Of a DNA stretch of 64,000 nt, positions 51,401 to 60,979 are shown one piece after another. Source of the stretch: Acidobacteriota bacterium (lineage in GTDB: Bacteria; Acidobacteriota; UBA890; WLXD01). Both the position numbers and the translations under genes were made by a program. The notes below the pieces were generated by a model, which searched no databases, had not been told where the DNA came from, and worked only from the letters and a program-made list of their open reading frames with translations. Position 1 is the stretch's first letter. The number at the start of each line of letters is the position of its first letter. The DNA is taken from assembly GCA_963666215.2 (NCBI GenBank), contig CAXWPL010000003.1, positions 288,001 through 352,000 on the forward strand. The letters are read 5' to 3'.

Positions 51401-51635
51401 CCTGCTGCGGTATCCCGCGGGCCTGTTCTCTCATCTCAAGATGCTCGGCCGCTACGTGACGACGGGAGACGCGCGACCCACGCGGTCGAAGTACGAGGTC
51501 TTCGACGAGCTCTCGGGTCGTTTGAAGGAGCATGAGGCGGTTTTCGAGAGCTTGATGTCGACGGAGCTCGACAACTTCAACACACTGGTTCGCGGCCGCG
51601 GCTTGGCGGGCATTTCACGGCCGCCAACCGAGTAG
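48432..51635 (+). CDS. Secreted VPS10/BNR-repeat glycosyl-hydrolase-like protein
   Basis: YRHIGP, GGIWKSTDAG, many SxDGGxxW boxes, DHHDMWIDP and GTYGRG; coiled-coil C-terminus. Confidence 0.88.
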   Translation: MRNLHCRLIALGMVAFLSAPGVQAGASVQQIDAAIYSELRYRHIGPEGNRVIAVAGLPGNPDVIYVGAASGGIWKSTDAGLNWEPVFDDVDVASVGSLAIAPSDPNVVWAGTGETNIRSMISIGNGIYKSTDAGRTWQHMGLEKTGRIGRLAIHPTNPDIVYAAAMGTSYGPQEERGVFRTVDGGASWGRVLFVGDDTGASDVVMDPSNPRNLVAGMWPLDIKTWQRNSGGPNGGVFVSRDGGDTWQKATRGLPEPPTGKIALAYAPSTPQRIYALIETDQHEFAGVLWRSDNGGDSWNLISRDQQYSTRPHYYSRLIVAPDNDNEVYFLATRLTRTLDGGETGTILQNAGGDHHDMWIDPLDPDRILIANDGGIQISTNRTRSWFRPDLPVAQMYHVAVDDQIPYFVYGNRQDGPTRRGPSTSRAGGNWHSVGGGEAGWAIPDPFDNNIVWSSNEQGVLTRYDLRSGHVTNVQVWPETPVGKSPRDIKYRWVWSYPVLVSKHRSGTLYVGSQYVHKTTGGGQTWSVISPDLTTDDETKQVNSGGLTYDNVGVDYGTTLYALAESPLDQNVLWAGSNDGLVHVSRDGGQSWTNVTDGLEGLPPWGTMSNIEASRYDVGAAYLTVDLHQVDDRDPYVYRTKDFGGSWTRITSGIPPSMLSYAHVVREDPVRRGMLYVGTENGVYLSLDDGDSWLQLRNNLPPAPVHWLTVQERYGDLVLGTYGRGFWIMDDLSPLRQLSTEVIASEAHLFQPRASYRLQRRNLPGEPQRRRPQGYTEDPPYGAPINYYLRDGVDGDVSLTIRDAGGEVVKQFSGPSEAGINRATWDLRHEESPPIKLRTPPLGHPGLAYGPESIRYNTEGWRELDVEGSGANGPIVPPGTYTVELSLGEGASSTTLATTVEVLKDPTSAATEEDIAEQIDLALRIRDQVTVLTRMGNDIEWVRKQIDDLEELVDGSADAPVIKEAAAELDQKLIDLEQQFYILQTTGASENLLRYPAGLFSHLKMLGRYVTTGDARPTRSKYEVFDELSGRLKEHEAVFESLMSTELDNFNTLVRGRGLAGISRPPTE

Positions 51636-51677
51636 GGCCGAGCGCCCGTGAACGACACCATTCGTGCGAGGCAGACC

Positions 51678-52618
51678 GTGACCCAGATTTTCGATCTCGA
51701 CCAGATCAACTCGGTGCTCGACTCAATCGACATCGTCGGCTCGATGGAGGAAGGCTTCGCGGCCTACTCGCGCGGCGAAGTGGTCGTTCCACCCGTCGGC
51801 GAGATGATCTTCGAGGAGCCACCCGGCGAAGCCCACATCAAGTACGGCTTCATCGAGAAAGACGAGCACTTCGTCATCAAGATCGCCAGCGGCTCGTACG
51901 AGAACTACAAGCTCGGCCTGCCGACGAACTCCGGGCTGATGCTGCTGTTCAGCCAGAAAACCGGCCAGTTGCTGGCGATCCTCCTCGACGAAGGACAGCT
52001 CACCGGTGCCCGTACCGCCGCCGCCGGAGCGGTTGCCGCCAAGCACCTGGCGCCGTCGGTGGTGAATCGCATCGGCGTGATCGGGGCCGGCGACCAGGGC
52101 CGGCGCCAGCTCCGCCAGCTCGGCGGCATCGTTGACTGCCGCGACGTCATGGTTTGGGGCCTGAGCGCGGAGGAAGTCGCCTCCTACAAGCGCGACATCG
52201 AACCGCACGACTACCGCGTCGAGACGACCCTCGACGCGGCGCAGATCGGCCGCAGCTGCAACCTGATCGTCACGGTGACGCCGTCGCAGCAGCCTCTGCT
52301 GCAGGCAGCCGACATCCAGCCGGGCACGCACATCACGACACCGCCGAGAAGCAGGAGCTCGACGCGGCGATCCTCGGTGCTGCCGACGTGGTGGTGGCCG
52401 ACAGCCTCGAGCAATCGCGCTCGCGCGGTGAGATCTACAGAGCCACGGAGGCGGGTGCGCTCGATCGCGCCAGCGTTGTCGAGCTCGGCACCCTGATCGC
52501 TCGACCCGAGCTGGGGCGCTCGAACGACCGGCAGCTGACCGTGGCCGACCTGACGGGGGTGGCCATCCAGGATATCCAGATCACCAAAGCAGTCTACGCT
52601 GCTCTCAACCAGCAGTAA
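51678..52618 (+). pseudogene. Ornithine cyclodeaminase/mu-crystallin family; small frameshifting deletion near 52337
   Basis: HIKYG, LTGARTAAAGA and IGAGDQG; PGTHIT then a frame change to DTAEKQELD...ADLTGVAIQD, with the usual intervening AxGS-type residues missing. Confidence 0.8.
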
Positions 52619-52791
52619 CGGTAGCGACTCACCCTCGGCTTTGCTCGAGCCGGCCTCGTATCGCCGCGAGAGCGTTCGGCTCTTCGACGGCATGCGCATG
52701 GCTGCTGGTCACGCTCGCGTGTTCGGGTCGAAGCTCGACTCCACCAGACACGCTCACCGAGAGCGCTCCAGACGCAACGTCCATTTCTGTC

Positions 52792-54747
52792 GTGGACAGA
52801 GTCTCCGCACACGCGATCTCGGTGCGAGCCAACGAATTGGGCTACAAACAGGCGGACCTCGGAGACGGTCACGTGCTCGTTCACATTCCGGCGGGCACCT
52901 CCGCGATGGGGTCGGAGCGCGGGCTCGACGACGAGCGGCCGGTGCACGATGTCGAGCTCGACGACTATTGGATCGGCGTCTATCCGGTGACAGTCGGGCA
53001 GCTCGCGGCGTCTGTCGACGACACCGGTTACGAAACCGACGCCGAGCGCGGCCAAGGGTCGTGGCAGTGGACGGGCGAGGTGCCTGGGCCCGACGACGAG
53101 GGCGACCCATGGCGCCCGATGCAGGACGGAGCCTGGAACAACATCTACTTCGACCAAGGCGACGATCATCCTGTCGGCAGCGTCAGCTGGAACGACGCGC
53201 AGGCCTTCTGTGCCTGGCTCTCGGCAAGGCTCGAGCTGCCCGTCGTACTCCCCACCGAAGCGCAGTGGGAAAAGGCCGCCCACGGCGTGGACGGCCGCAT
53301 TTATCCCTGGGGTAAAGAGCCTCCTTCGGAGCGTGAGATCCAAGCCAATCTCGCTGACCGCAGCTTCGTCTCCAAATACGGCCCGAACACGCGCCGTCCC
53401 GACGACTCGATCGATGACGGCTTCGTGGAGACGTCACCGGTCGACGCCTTCCCCTCCGGCCGGTCACCCTACGGCGTGTACGACCTGGCGGGGAACCTCG
53501 GCGAGTGGGTGTACGACATCCACGACCGGGACTACTACGAGGGCTCCCCGGCACGGAACCCGACAGGTCCCGAGCGCCCGGCGGGCGTGCCGGACGGCGA
53601 CATCGACCGCGTCAACCGCGGTGGCTCCTGGATCGACTGGGCCGGTGTCGACAGCAGCGGCGTCGTGCGGCCCGAGGGCGGCCACAGCATCCGCGCCGCG
53701 GCGCGCACCGGAGACGAGCAGAACTCGAGCGACGACCACATGGGTCTCCGGGTGGCGATCGACGGCCTCAGGGAAGCCGAGGCGGGACCGGTGGTCTCGG
53801 CCTCGATCTTCGCCGCACCTTCGGCGGCCTCGCAGAAACCCGACCTCAGCGGTGTCGAGATCCTCACGCAGCACGTCGCCGGCAACGTCTACATGCTCGA
53901 AGCAACGGGCGATGTGGCCGGCAACATCGGCGTCTCGGTGGGTCCCGACGGCATCCTGATCGTCGACGACCAGTGGGCCGAGCTCGCCGACCAGGTGGCC
54001 GCGGCGCTCGCTGCGCTTCCCGTGTCCGAATCACCAGCGGAACGGCCAAACCGGGGACTGCGGTTCATCGTCAACACGCATCACCACGACGATCACTCCG
54101 ACGGCAACGCTGCCCTCAGCCACGGCCACGGGGTCCATGCGACCGAGACGGCGCCAGAAGCCGACGAGGCCGATCAGGCCGAGCGGGCAGTCGCGTTGAT
54201 CCCGATCATCGCGCACGACAACGCCCGCCCGCGCATGCTCCACAAGGCACCCGAACACTGGCCGGTGATCACCTTCAACGCCCGCCTGTCGCTGTACTTC
54301 AACGGCGAGGAGATCCGCGCGCTGGCGATGCCCGGCGGCCACACAGACAACGACGTCGTGGTGTTCTTCACCGGCTCCAACGTCGTCCACCTCGGCGACC
54401 TGCTCGATTCGGGTATCTCGAGCTTCCCCGTGACCGACCTCGATGCCGGCGGCAGCGCCCTGCGCATCCTGAGCAACATCGAGACGCTGCTACCGCTCAT
54501 CCCGGACGACGCCAAGCTCATCGCCGGACACGGCCCGCTCGCCGACAAGGCCGAGCTCCACCGCCTGCGCGACAAGCTCGACGAGACGATCACGACCGTT
54601 CGTGACGCGCGCGACAAGGGCACCAGCCTCGAGGAGATCCAGGAAGCCGGCCTACCGGCGAAGTACGACGACTGGGGCTACGGCTACATGTCGGCTGAGG
54701 GTTGGATCGAGATGATCTATCGCAGCCTCGGGGCGGGCGACGCCTGA
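52792..54747 (+). CDS. FGE-sulfatase-like domain fused to an MBL-fold hydrolase; probable lipoprotein with true start upstream
   Basis: DERPVH, VSWNDA, LPTEAQWEKAA, DLAGNLGEW and RGGSW; then GNIGVSVGPDG, NTHHHDDH, GHTDND and AGHG. Confidence 0.8.
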   Translation: MDRVSAHAISVRANELGYKQADLGDGHVLVHIPAGTSAMGSERGLDDERPVHDVELDDYWIGVYPVTVGQLAASVDDTGYETDAERGQGSWQWTGEVPGPDDEGDPWRPMQDGAWNNIYFDQGDDHPVGSVSWNDAQAFCAWLSARLELPVVLPTEAQWEKAAHGVDGRIYPWGKEPPSEREIQANLADRSFVSKYGPNTRRPDDSIDDGFVETSPVDAFPSGRSPYGVYDLAGNLGEWVYDIHDRDYYEGSPARNPTGPERPAGVPDGDIDRVNRGGSWIDWAGVDSSGVVRPEGGHSIRAAARTGDEQNSSDDHMGLRVAIDGLREAEAGPVVSASIFAAPSAASQKPDLSGVEILTQHVAGNVYMLEATGDVAGNIGVSVGPDGILIVDDQWAELADQVAAALAALPVSESPAERPNRGLRFIVNTHHHDDHSDGNAALSHGHGVHATETAPEADEADQAERAVALIPIIAHDNARPRMLHKAPEHWPVITFNARLSLYFNGEEIRALAMPGGHTDNDVVVFFTGSNVVHLGDLLDSGISSFPVTDLDAGGSALRILSNIETLLPLIPDDAKLIAGHGPLADKAELHRLRDKLDETITTVRDARDKGTSLEEIQEAGLPAKYDDWGYGYMSAEGWIEMIYRSLGAGDA

Positions 54748-54875
54748 GACACCCGCGAGGCACCATTGGCCCGGATGCGCATGGCAGCCTGCCGTGAGAC
54801 GACCGCGAGCAATCGCCGGAGAAGGACTTCATCGTCTTGTCGCCGATGACAGTCTCGCCCCGCTCCTGGAGAGCC

Positions 54876-55040
54876 TCACCGAACACCGCTCCGGCTGCCC
54901 CCGCCTTCTTCCAGACGGCCGTCCCGGATGTGAAGAAGGAACACGTACCATGCGATCACGCTCATCGCTAGCATCTCGCCCCCGTCCTCCAACACGCCCA
55001 CCAAGCTGACGATTACTTCTCTATGTCCCACGACCACACC
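54876..55040 (-). pseudogene. 3' remnant of a membrane protein
   Basis: Manual translation: VIVSLVGVLEDGGEMLAMSVIAWYVFLLHIR...*; no supportable 5' end. Confidence 0.4.
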
Positions 55041-55042
55041 TC

Positions 55043-55474
55043 GTGCTCTTCATCGGCATGTCGTCGCGCGGCTGGGGGAGCCTCGGCCCCGATCCCTACG
55101 GCCTCCAACGCCTGGTTTGGACTGGCCAGATGCCCTTCGAGGTGCACGAGATGCGGGCTCGGTCCGACGGCTTCGAGCTGACGTTCACCCAGCCTGTCGA
55201 CGCCGCCACGGCCGCCGACCCCGCGTCGTACTTCATGGAGAGCTACACCTACAAGCTCAGCGAAGAGTACGGCGGCCCCGAGGACGACAAGCTGCAGCTG
55301 CGGATCACCAGCGCCGAAGTGGCCGACGACGGTATGAGCGTTCGCCTTTCCATTGATCCGCTCCGCGCCGGCTACGTGCACGAGCTGCACCTCACCGGTG
55401 TTCGCGACGAAAGCGGCTCGGCGCTGCTGCACGACAAGGCCTACTACACCCTGGTCGAGCTCCCGGCGCGTTAG
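55043..55474 (+). pseudogene. 3' remnant of a large secreted beta-propeller protein
   Basis: LFIGMSSRGWGS...GLQRLVWTG..PFEVHEMRARSDGFELTFTQPVD...GYVHEL...AYYTL; no RBS or signal peptide. Confidence 0.6.
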
Positions 55475-55712
55475 TGCCTGGAAGTCTTCTAGGCGCTGAA
55501 GATCCGCGACGGAGAATCAGTCGAGCCGGCGCGGGACCACGACGAGGAGTCAGTCGAGCGGGGGCGCGCGGCCCAGGAGACCACCGCGAGCACTTTGCCG
55601 AAGCCCGCGCTCACGATAGCCTCTGCGGCTCTACCGTCCTCCGAATCGGCGCCGTCGGTCTCCACCACGCAGCACCAGCCGGTTGCCGCCGGCAAAGGTA
55701 CCGGCCCTCACA

Positions 55713-58043
55713 ATGACCTTTCAGATAGCCACGCTCTTCGCTCTGCTGGTGGTGATGGTCTATCTGTTTCTGACGGAAAAGCTGCCCGTTGACCTGACGG
55801 CGTTCCTCGGGCTGATTGTCCTCATCTTTGCGGGCTACGTGACGCCGTCGGAGGCCTTCCAGGGGTTCTCGTCGCCGGCGGTCATCACCATGCTGTCGGT
55901 GTTCATTCTCGGGGCAGCGCTGCTCGAGACGGGCGTGGCCGACATCATCGGCGGCGGCATTCACCGCGTCGTTGGCAGCAGCGAGATCGGGCTGATCGTC
56001 ACCCTGATGCTGGTGGCCGGCGTCCTGTCGGCGTTCATGAATAACATCGCTGCAACCGCCGTTCTGATGCCCGCTGTGTCGACGCTGGGCCCGCGGGCTG
56101 GGGTGTCTCCGTCGCGGCTCTTCATGCCGCTGGCGTTCGGGGCAATTCTCGGCGGCACCATGACGCTCGTAGGTACGCCGCCGAACATCCTGGCGGCACA
56201 GATACTCAGCGATCGTGGGCTCGAGCCGTTTCAGCTCTTCGATTTCGCGCCCGTCGGCGCGGCGATCATGCTGGTGGGCACTCTCTTCATGCTGACAGTG
56301 GGCCGCAGGCTCTTGCCGGCCGGCGAAGCGCGAGGACCGTCGACGACCAGCGCGACCGACCTGTGCCAGGTCTACCAGCTCGAGGATCGACTCTTCTCGC
56401 TGCGGCTTCCCGAGCACTCGTCGCTCAACGGCAGGACGCTCGCGGAGACCCGCCTCGGGAACACGCTGGGAGTGAAGGTGGTGTCGATTCAGCGCGGCAG
56501 CCAGCACCTGGCGCCAGCCGCCGACACTCGCCTCGAGGGCGGCGACATGCTCGTTGTCGACGGCGAGCCGGAACGCGTCAAGGGGTTCCTCGAGATGGAG
56601 AGCCTCGAGGTCGAGGCGATGCCGGTGGATCTCCTGCCTTCCGTGTCGCCGGGCGCCGGCGGCATCCGTGTGTCGGTCGAGGCCGGAGGCACGGTGGCGG
56701 GGCAGACCCTCCGTGACCTGTCTTTCCGAGCACGCTTTGGGGTGGTGGTGTTGGCGATCCGCCACCGCGACCAGATGTTCATGGATCACCTGGCCGAGCA
56801 GACGCTGCGGATCGGCGACGAAGTGCTGGCTATTGGAAGGCGTGAGGACCTGGAGCGATTCTCCGAGGAGCCGGGGTTCTCGGTTTCGGCCATCGGCCTC
56901 TCTGCGATCGAAGACCTGCAGGAACGCCTGCACGTCATCCAAGTGCCCGAAGGATCGCAGCTGGCGGGCGTGACGATCGCCGCCAGCCGCCTCGGTGAGC
57001 TCGCCGGAATCACGGTGGGCGGCGTGATTCGCGATCGGCAGACGCGGCTGGCGATCACGCCCGACGATCCGATCCTCGCCGGCGACCGCCTGCTCTTGGT
57101 GGCTGATCGCAGGGCCATCGACAGTCTCGCCGCCGCGGGAGAGGTCGAGCTCGGCCCGGCGGGCGGCCAGGAGCTGCTCGAGACCGAAGAGATAGCGATG
57201 GTCGAGGCCGCGGTGGCCCCCCGATCGGCGGCAGAGGGTCGCAGCATGGAGGAGCTCGATTTTCAGCGCCGCTACGGGCTGCTCGCGCTGGCGCTGTGGC
57301 GAGGCGGTCGCCCGGTCCACGCCGACCTGGCTCATGTGCCCCTACGCTTCGGCGACGCGTTGCTGCTGCGCGGACCACGCGACAAGATGAAACGCCTCGC
57401 CTCCGAGGCCGACTTCGTCGTCCTTTCGCAGGCGGCCCAGGCGGTGCGTCGCAAGCGCAAGGCGCCGTTCGCGCTGGGTGGCCTGGTTCTGATGATCGCG
57501 CTGGTGGCGACCGGCACGCAGCCCATCCACGTGGCAGCGTTCACCGCGGCAAGCCTGGTGATCCTGGCCGGCGCCTTGACCATGCAGGAGACCTACAAGG
57601 TCATCGAATGGCGGGCGATCTTCCTGGTGGCGGCAGTGCTGCCCGTGGGCTTCGCCATGGAACGCACCGGTGCCGCCAGATTCCTGGCCGACAGCGTGAC
57701 TGCCACCGCCGGCCCGCTCGGCCCGTACGCCGTGCTCGCCGCCCTCGTGGTGCTCGCCAGCGTCCTCAGCCAGGGCCTCGACGGCGCGCCGGCTGTCGTG
57801 CTGCTGGCCCCGGTGGTGCTCGAGATGGCCGAGCGTCTACAGCTCAGCCCGTACCCGCTCATGATGGGAGTCAGCCTGGCGGCGTCGGCGGCCTTCATGA
57901 CGCCGTTCAGCCACAAGGCCAACCTTCTCGTCATGGGTGCAGGAGGCTATCGCTCCTCCGACTACTTGAAGGTCGGCACGCCCCTGACGGTGATCCTGCT
58001 CATTCTGCTCGTTGTACTCGTACCGGTCTTCTTTCCGTTCTAG
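55713..58043 (+). CDS. SLC13/CitMHS-like permease with TrkA-C (RCK_C) domains
   Basis: GFSSPAV, SAFMNN, LGGTMTLVGTPPN, four RCK_C-like repeats, FMTPFSHKANLLV and DYLKVG. Confidence 0.9.
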   Translation: MTFQIATLFALLVVMVYLFLTEKLPVDLTAFLGLIVLIFAGYVTPSEAFQGFSSPAVITMLSVFILGAALLETGVADIIGGGIHRVVGSSEIGLIVTLMLVAGVLSAFMNNIAATAVLMPAVSTLGPRAGVSPSRLFMPLAFGAILGGTMTLVGTPPNILAAQILSDRGLEPFQLFDFAPVGAAIMLVGTLFMLTVGRRLLPAGEARGPSTTSATDLCQVYQLEDRLFSLRLPEHSSLNGRTLAETRLGNTLGVKVVSIQRGSQHLAPAADTRLEGGDMLVVDGEPERVKGFLEMESLEVEAMPVDLLPSVSPGAGGIRVSVEAGGTVAGQTLRDLSFRARFGVVVLAIRHRDQMFMDHLAEQTLRIGDEVLAIGRREDLERFSEEPGFSVSAIGLSAIEDLQERLHVIQVPEGSQLAGVTIAASRLGELAGITVGGVIRDRQTRLAITPDDPILAGDRLLLVADRRAIDSLAAAGEVELGPAGGQELLETEEIAMVEAAVAPRSAAEGRSMEELDFQRRYGLLALALWRGGRPVHADLAHVPLRFGDALLLRGPRDKMKRLASEADFVVLSQAAQAVRRKRKAPFALGGLVLMIALVATGTQPIHVAAFTAASLVILAGALTMQETYKVIEWRAIFLVAAVLPVGFAMERTGAARFLADSVTATAGPLGPYAVLAALVVLASVLSQGLDGAPAVVLLAPVVLEMAERLQLSPYPLMMGVSLAASAAFMTPFSHKANLLVMGAGGYRSSDYLKVGTPLTVILLILLVVLVPVFFPF

Positions 58044-58246
58044 CAAACGCATCGGGCCTCGACGCTGAACACCGTAAATCTCCAGGGCTCCGTATGACAG
58101 TGGCTCGGGGCCCAGTTGGCCGCCTCGAGCATCCGGGTCACCAGATCGAGATCGATCGGGTCGGAAGAAAGACCGGCAAGGCCGACGCTCCAGCGGGTGC
58201 GAATCGCGTTGAAGATCCGCTCTGGATTACGGTCACTCGGTTCCAC
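58040..58246 (-). pseudogene. Nitroreductase N-terminal fragment
   Basis: AIRTRWSV...MLEAANWAPSH..TEPWRFTVF, then ends against the convergent permease stop. Confidence 0.7.
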
Positions 58247-58377
58247 TTCGCGTGCACCTCGTCAGGAATTCGTCGCGGATGTCTGAGGCCGAAGGACTCG
58301 CGCTGCCGCTGGTGAGTCGACGTCCCGCGCCTTATCCTACGGCCACATTGGAATCCCGCACCAGAAAGGAACCCCCG

Positions 58378-60933
58378 ATGCTCGCAGCGCTTCGCCTCGT
58401 TACCCGGAAACACCGCGGCTCGTACACCCTCCCCCACCATTCCGCCACGACGATTGCAGCGGCAACGCTGGTCATCTCGCTCCTGGCTTCGCCGAGCGTA
58501 TTCGCCACGAGCCCACAAAGAGGCCAGATGTCGACCGATGCTGTGTATCAGGTGCCCGGGCCGGAGCTCACTGCGCTGGTCGACGCGCCCACCACGCCGG
58601 CCGTCGCCGTGAGTCCCGACCACGAGCACCTGCTCTTGATGGAAGTCCCCGGCTTGAACTCGATTGCCGACCTGGCGCAGCCGGAGCTGCGTATCGCCGG
58701 GCTTCGGATCAGTCCCCGCACCAACGGCCCGAGCAGAGCGCGCTACTTCGTTGGCATGACGATCAAGAGGCTGGCAGACGGCGCCGAATCGATCATCAAC
58801 GGCCTACCTGAGTCGCCGCGAATCGGCAACGTGGCCTGGTCGCCCGACGGCGCGCGTCTGGCCTTTACGATCACTCGCGACCAGGGCATCGAGCTTTGGA
58901 CCGCCGACGTCGCCACCGCCACCGCGCAGCGCCTGACCGGCGCTCGTGTGAACGCAGCCTACGGACGCGCCTTCAGCTGGAAGAACGACAGTCGCACGCT
59001 GGTGACCCGCCTCGTGCCGAGCGAGCGCGGCGCGATGCCACAGGCGTCGATGGTGCCAACCGGCCCGGTGATCCAGCAAACCACGGGTAAAAACGCCGCC
59101 GCCCGGACCTATCAGGACCTGCTCAAGAACGCCGACGATGAGGCCCTCTTCGAGCACTTCATGACGTCGCAGGCAGCGCTCGTTACCGTCGACGGCCACG
59201 TCACGGAGATCGGTCCCGAGGCGCTGATCGCCAGCGCCGTGCCCTCCCCTGATGGGCTCTTTCTGCTCGTCACACGCATCGAGCGGCCCTTCTCGTACAT
59301 CGTGCCGGTGTCTCGTTTCCCGAGACGCATCGACGTGTGGGACAACGACGGCGTTGGCGTGAAATCGATCGCCGCGCTACCGCTGCAAGAAGAGCTGCCG
59401 CTGGGCTTCGACTCGGTGGCCACCGGACACCGCTCGGTCGGTTGGCGCACGGGCACCGACGCAACCCTGTACTGGGTGGAAGCACAGGACGGTGGCGACG
59501 GAAGGGCACCCGCCGAGGTGCGCGACCGTATGTTCACGCTCGCGGCACCTTTCGAGGGTGAGCCTACGGCGGTCGCCGACCTCGGCCTTCGTTTTGCCGG
59601 CGTTCGATGGAGCGGGGGGGAAAGCGGAAGCGACGGCAACCTCGCTCTGGTGAGCACACGCTGGCGGCGCTCGCGGCAAACACGAACCTGGGTCGTTCGG
59701 CCCGACTCGCCCGGCTCTGCGCCGACGCTTCTTTGGGACCGCTCGCAGGAAGATCGTTACGGCGACCCCGGACGGCCGATCAATCAATCGGGCGCGCTCG
59801 GCAGCGTGTTGAAGGTGGCCGACGACGGCTCGCTCTTCCTGCTCGGGCAGGGCGCTTCTCCCGCAGGCAACCGGCCGTTCATCGACCGGCTCGATTTGAA
59901 CACTCAGGAAACAACGCGGCTGTGGCGGTCGGAGGCCCCGTACTACGAGAGCACCGTCGCGCTGCTCGACGAAACGGGCAACCGCGTGCTGACGCGGCGC
60001 GAATCGGTTGAGGAGCCTCCGAACTACTTCGTGCGCGATCTGACGAGCGGAAACCTGCAACAGATCACGGAGTTCACCCACCCGACGCCGCAGCTGGCGA
60101 ACGTTTCCAAGGAGCTCACCCGTTACGAGCGCGCCGACGGCGTCAAGCTCACCGGCGTGCTCTACCTGCCGTCCGGCCACGAAGAGGGCGACGGTCCCCT
60201 ACCCGTTCTGATGTGGGCCTACCCACGTGAGTACAAAGACGCCTCCCTGGCCGGCCAGCTCACCGATTCGCCGTACCGCTTCGTGCGCGTGAGCACCGGC
60301 GGCGCGCTGCCCATGCTGACGCAGGGCTGGGCCGTGTTCGACAACCCCTCGTTGCCGATCATTGGCGAGGGCGACGAGGAGCCCAACGACAGCTACGTCG
60401 ATCAGCTGGTGGCGGGCGCTCGCGCCGCGATCGATGTTCTGGTTGAGCGCGGCATCGCCGACCCCGAGCGCGTTGCGATTGGTGGTCACTCCTACGGCGC
60501 CTTCATGACCGCGAATCTGTTGGCGCACTCCGACCTGTTCCGTGCCGGCATCGCACGTTCGGGCGCCTACAACCGCACGCTCACACCGTTCGGCTTCCAG
60601 TCGGAGGAACGCACCTTCTGGCAGGCGCCCGAGATCTACTTCGCCATGTCGCCGTTCATGCATGCCGACAAGGTCAACGAGCCGATCCTGATGATCCACG
60701 GCGAGGCCGACGACAACTCCGGCACCTTCCCACTGCAGAGCCGGCGCTTCTACTCCGCGCTCAAGGGCCACGGCGCCCTGGCCCGTCTGGTGATGCTGCC
60801 GCACGAGAGCCACGGCTACCGCGCGCGCGAATCGATCCTGCACATGCTGTGGGAGCAGAGCGAGTTCTTGAAGCGCAGCGTGGAGTTTGCCCCCGGGCGC
60901 AACGAGATGACCGGCGATGGCCAAGAGCGCTGA
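58378..60933 (+). CDS. S9 family prolyl oligopeptidase-like serine peptidase
   Basis: WAYPREY, GGHSYG, ARSGAYNRTLTPFGFQ, IHGEADDN and LPHESH motifs; start approximate. Confidence 0.92.
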   Translation: MLAALRLVTRKHRGSYTLPHHSATTIAAATLVISLLASPSVFATSPQRGQMSTDAVYQVPGPELTALVDAPTTPAVAVSPDHEHLLLMEVPGLNSIADLAQPELRIAGLRISPRTNGPSRARYFVGMTIKRLADGAESIINGLPESPRIGNVAWSPDGARLAFTITRDQGIELWTADVATATAQRLTGARVNAAYGRAFSWKNDSRTLVTRLVPSERGAMPQASMVPTGPVIQQTTGKNAAARTYQDLLKNADDEALFEHFMTSQAALVTVDGHVTEIGPEALIASAVPSPDGLFLLVTRIERPFSYIVPVSRFPRRIDVWDNDGVGVKSIAALPLQEELPLGFDSVATGHRSVGWRTGTDATLYWVEAQDGGDGRAPAEVRDRMFTLAAPFEGEPTAVADLGLRFAGVRWSGGESGSDGNLALVSTRWRRSRQTRTWVVRPDSPGSAPTLLWDRSQEDRYGDPGRPINQSGALGSVLKVADDGSLFLLGQGASPAGNRPFIDRLDLNTQETTRLWRSEAPYYESTVALLDETGNRVLTRRESVEEPPNYFVRDLTSGNLQQITEFTHPTPQLANVSKELTRYERADGVKLTGVLYLPSGHEEGDGPLPVLMWAYPREYKDASLAGQLTDSPYRFVRVSTGGALPMLTQGWAVFDNPSLPIIGEGDEEPNDSYVDQLVAGARAAIDVLVERGIADPERVAIGGHSYGAFMTANLLAHSDLFRAGIARSGAYNRTLTPFGFQSEERTFWQAPEIYFAMSPFMHADKVNEPILMIHGEADDNSGTFPLQSRRFYSALKGHGALARLVMLPHESHGYRARESILHMLWEQSEFLKRSVEFAPGRNEMTGDGQER

Positions 60934-60979
60934 GTCAAGATCTGACGTCATGCGAGCGCGAGCTCGTGAAGGAGCCACT

